In this document: positions 34,124-34,391 of the stretch, in pieces
Layout: each line of letters begins with the position of its first letter
How positions within the stretch are numbered: the first letter of the stretch is position 1
Virus record (IMG/VR): IMGVR_UViG_3300002541_000010
Coordinates: 1-34,391 of that record
Origin: a virus
Taxonomy: Duplodnaviria; Caudoviricetes
DNA: 34,391 nucleotides
Reading direction: 5' to 3' (one strand)
Notes under the pieces: generated by a model
What the model was told of the DNA's origin: nothing
Databases searched by the model: none
Seen by the model: only the letters and a program-made list of their open reading frames with translations
Position numbers and translations under genes: made by a program

Positions 34124-34391
34124 GTACTTTTTTTTAATTTTTTAAATTTTTTCGCCAATTAATACAACTGTTCTTGTCATTTTATTCCAATATCTTTCAT
34201 TTTGCTACATTAGTTGTCGTTAGATATATTGTATAATATGTTCGTTTATTTTAAATTATTTTATCAATATGCAATATACAACCAGATTATGGTGTCTATT
34301 ACTGTGCAAATTTTTCAAATTGTTTCATCAATTAACACAATCGTACCAGGTACCTGACACTCACTAAAGAAAATCCAGCAGCGACATCTGG

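Noticed and set aside
34124-34391. Gene or RNA in host flank
   Set aside because: AT-rich intergenic DNA with a possible + strand TATAAT near 34232 but no supportable feature inside the window.

Overview
Nearly the whole window (1 to about 34008) is one temperate siphovirus prophage of a low-GC Firmicute (Clostridia-like by gene style, which is an inference). It sits against the 3' end of a host tRNA-Glu(CTC) gene at 34009-34080. The left attachment site and the 3' end of the endolysin lie outside the window. Reading right to left: integrase, ImmA and CI on +; then a long minus-strand programme of Cro, Xis, BRO antirepressor, recombination and replication genes, DNA methyltransferase, many small Zn-finger ORFs, late activator, an accessory cassette, terminase, A118-like head and tail genes, holin and amidase. 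The least explained region lies between the late activator and the terminase (19051-21157). It holds a DP1-like HTH-metallophosphoesterase, a MazG-like protein, a 60-aa ORF, a 111-nt tRNA-shaped RNA with an over-long anticodon arm, and a collapsed moron. Next to it is a single-ORF TerS-TerL fusion. Other oddities are a secreted Ig-like moron and an antisense Zn-ribbon gene inside the tail operon, a chimeric HTH::methyltransferase pseudogene broken at two G-tracts, and several candidate cis-regulatory RNA folds. All family assignments come from motif recognition by eye; no searches were run.
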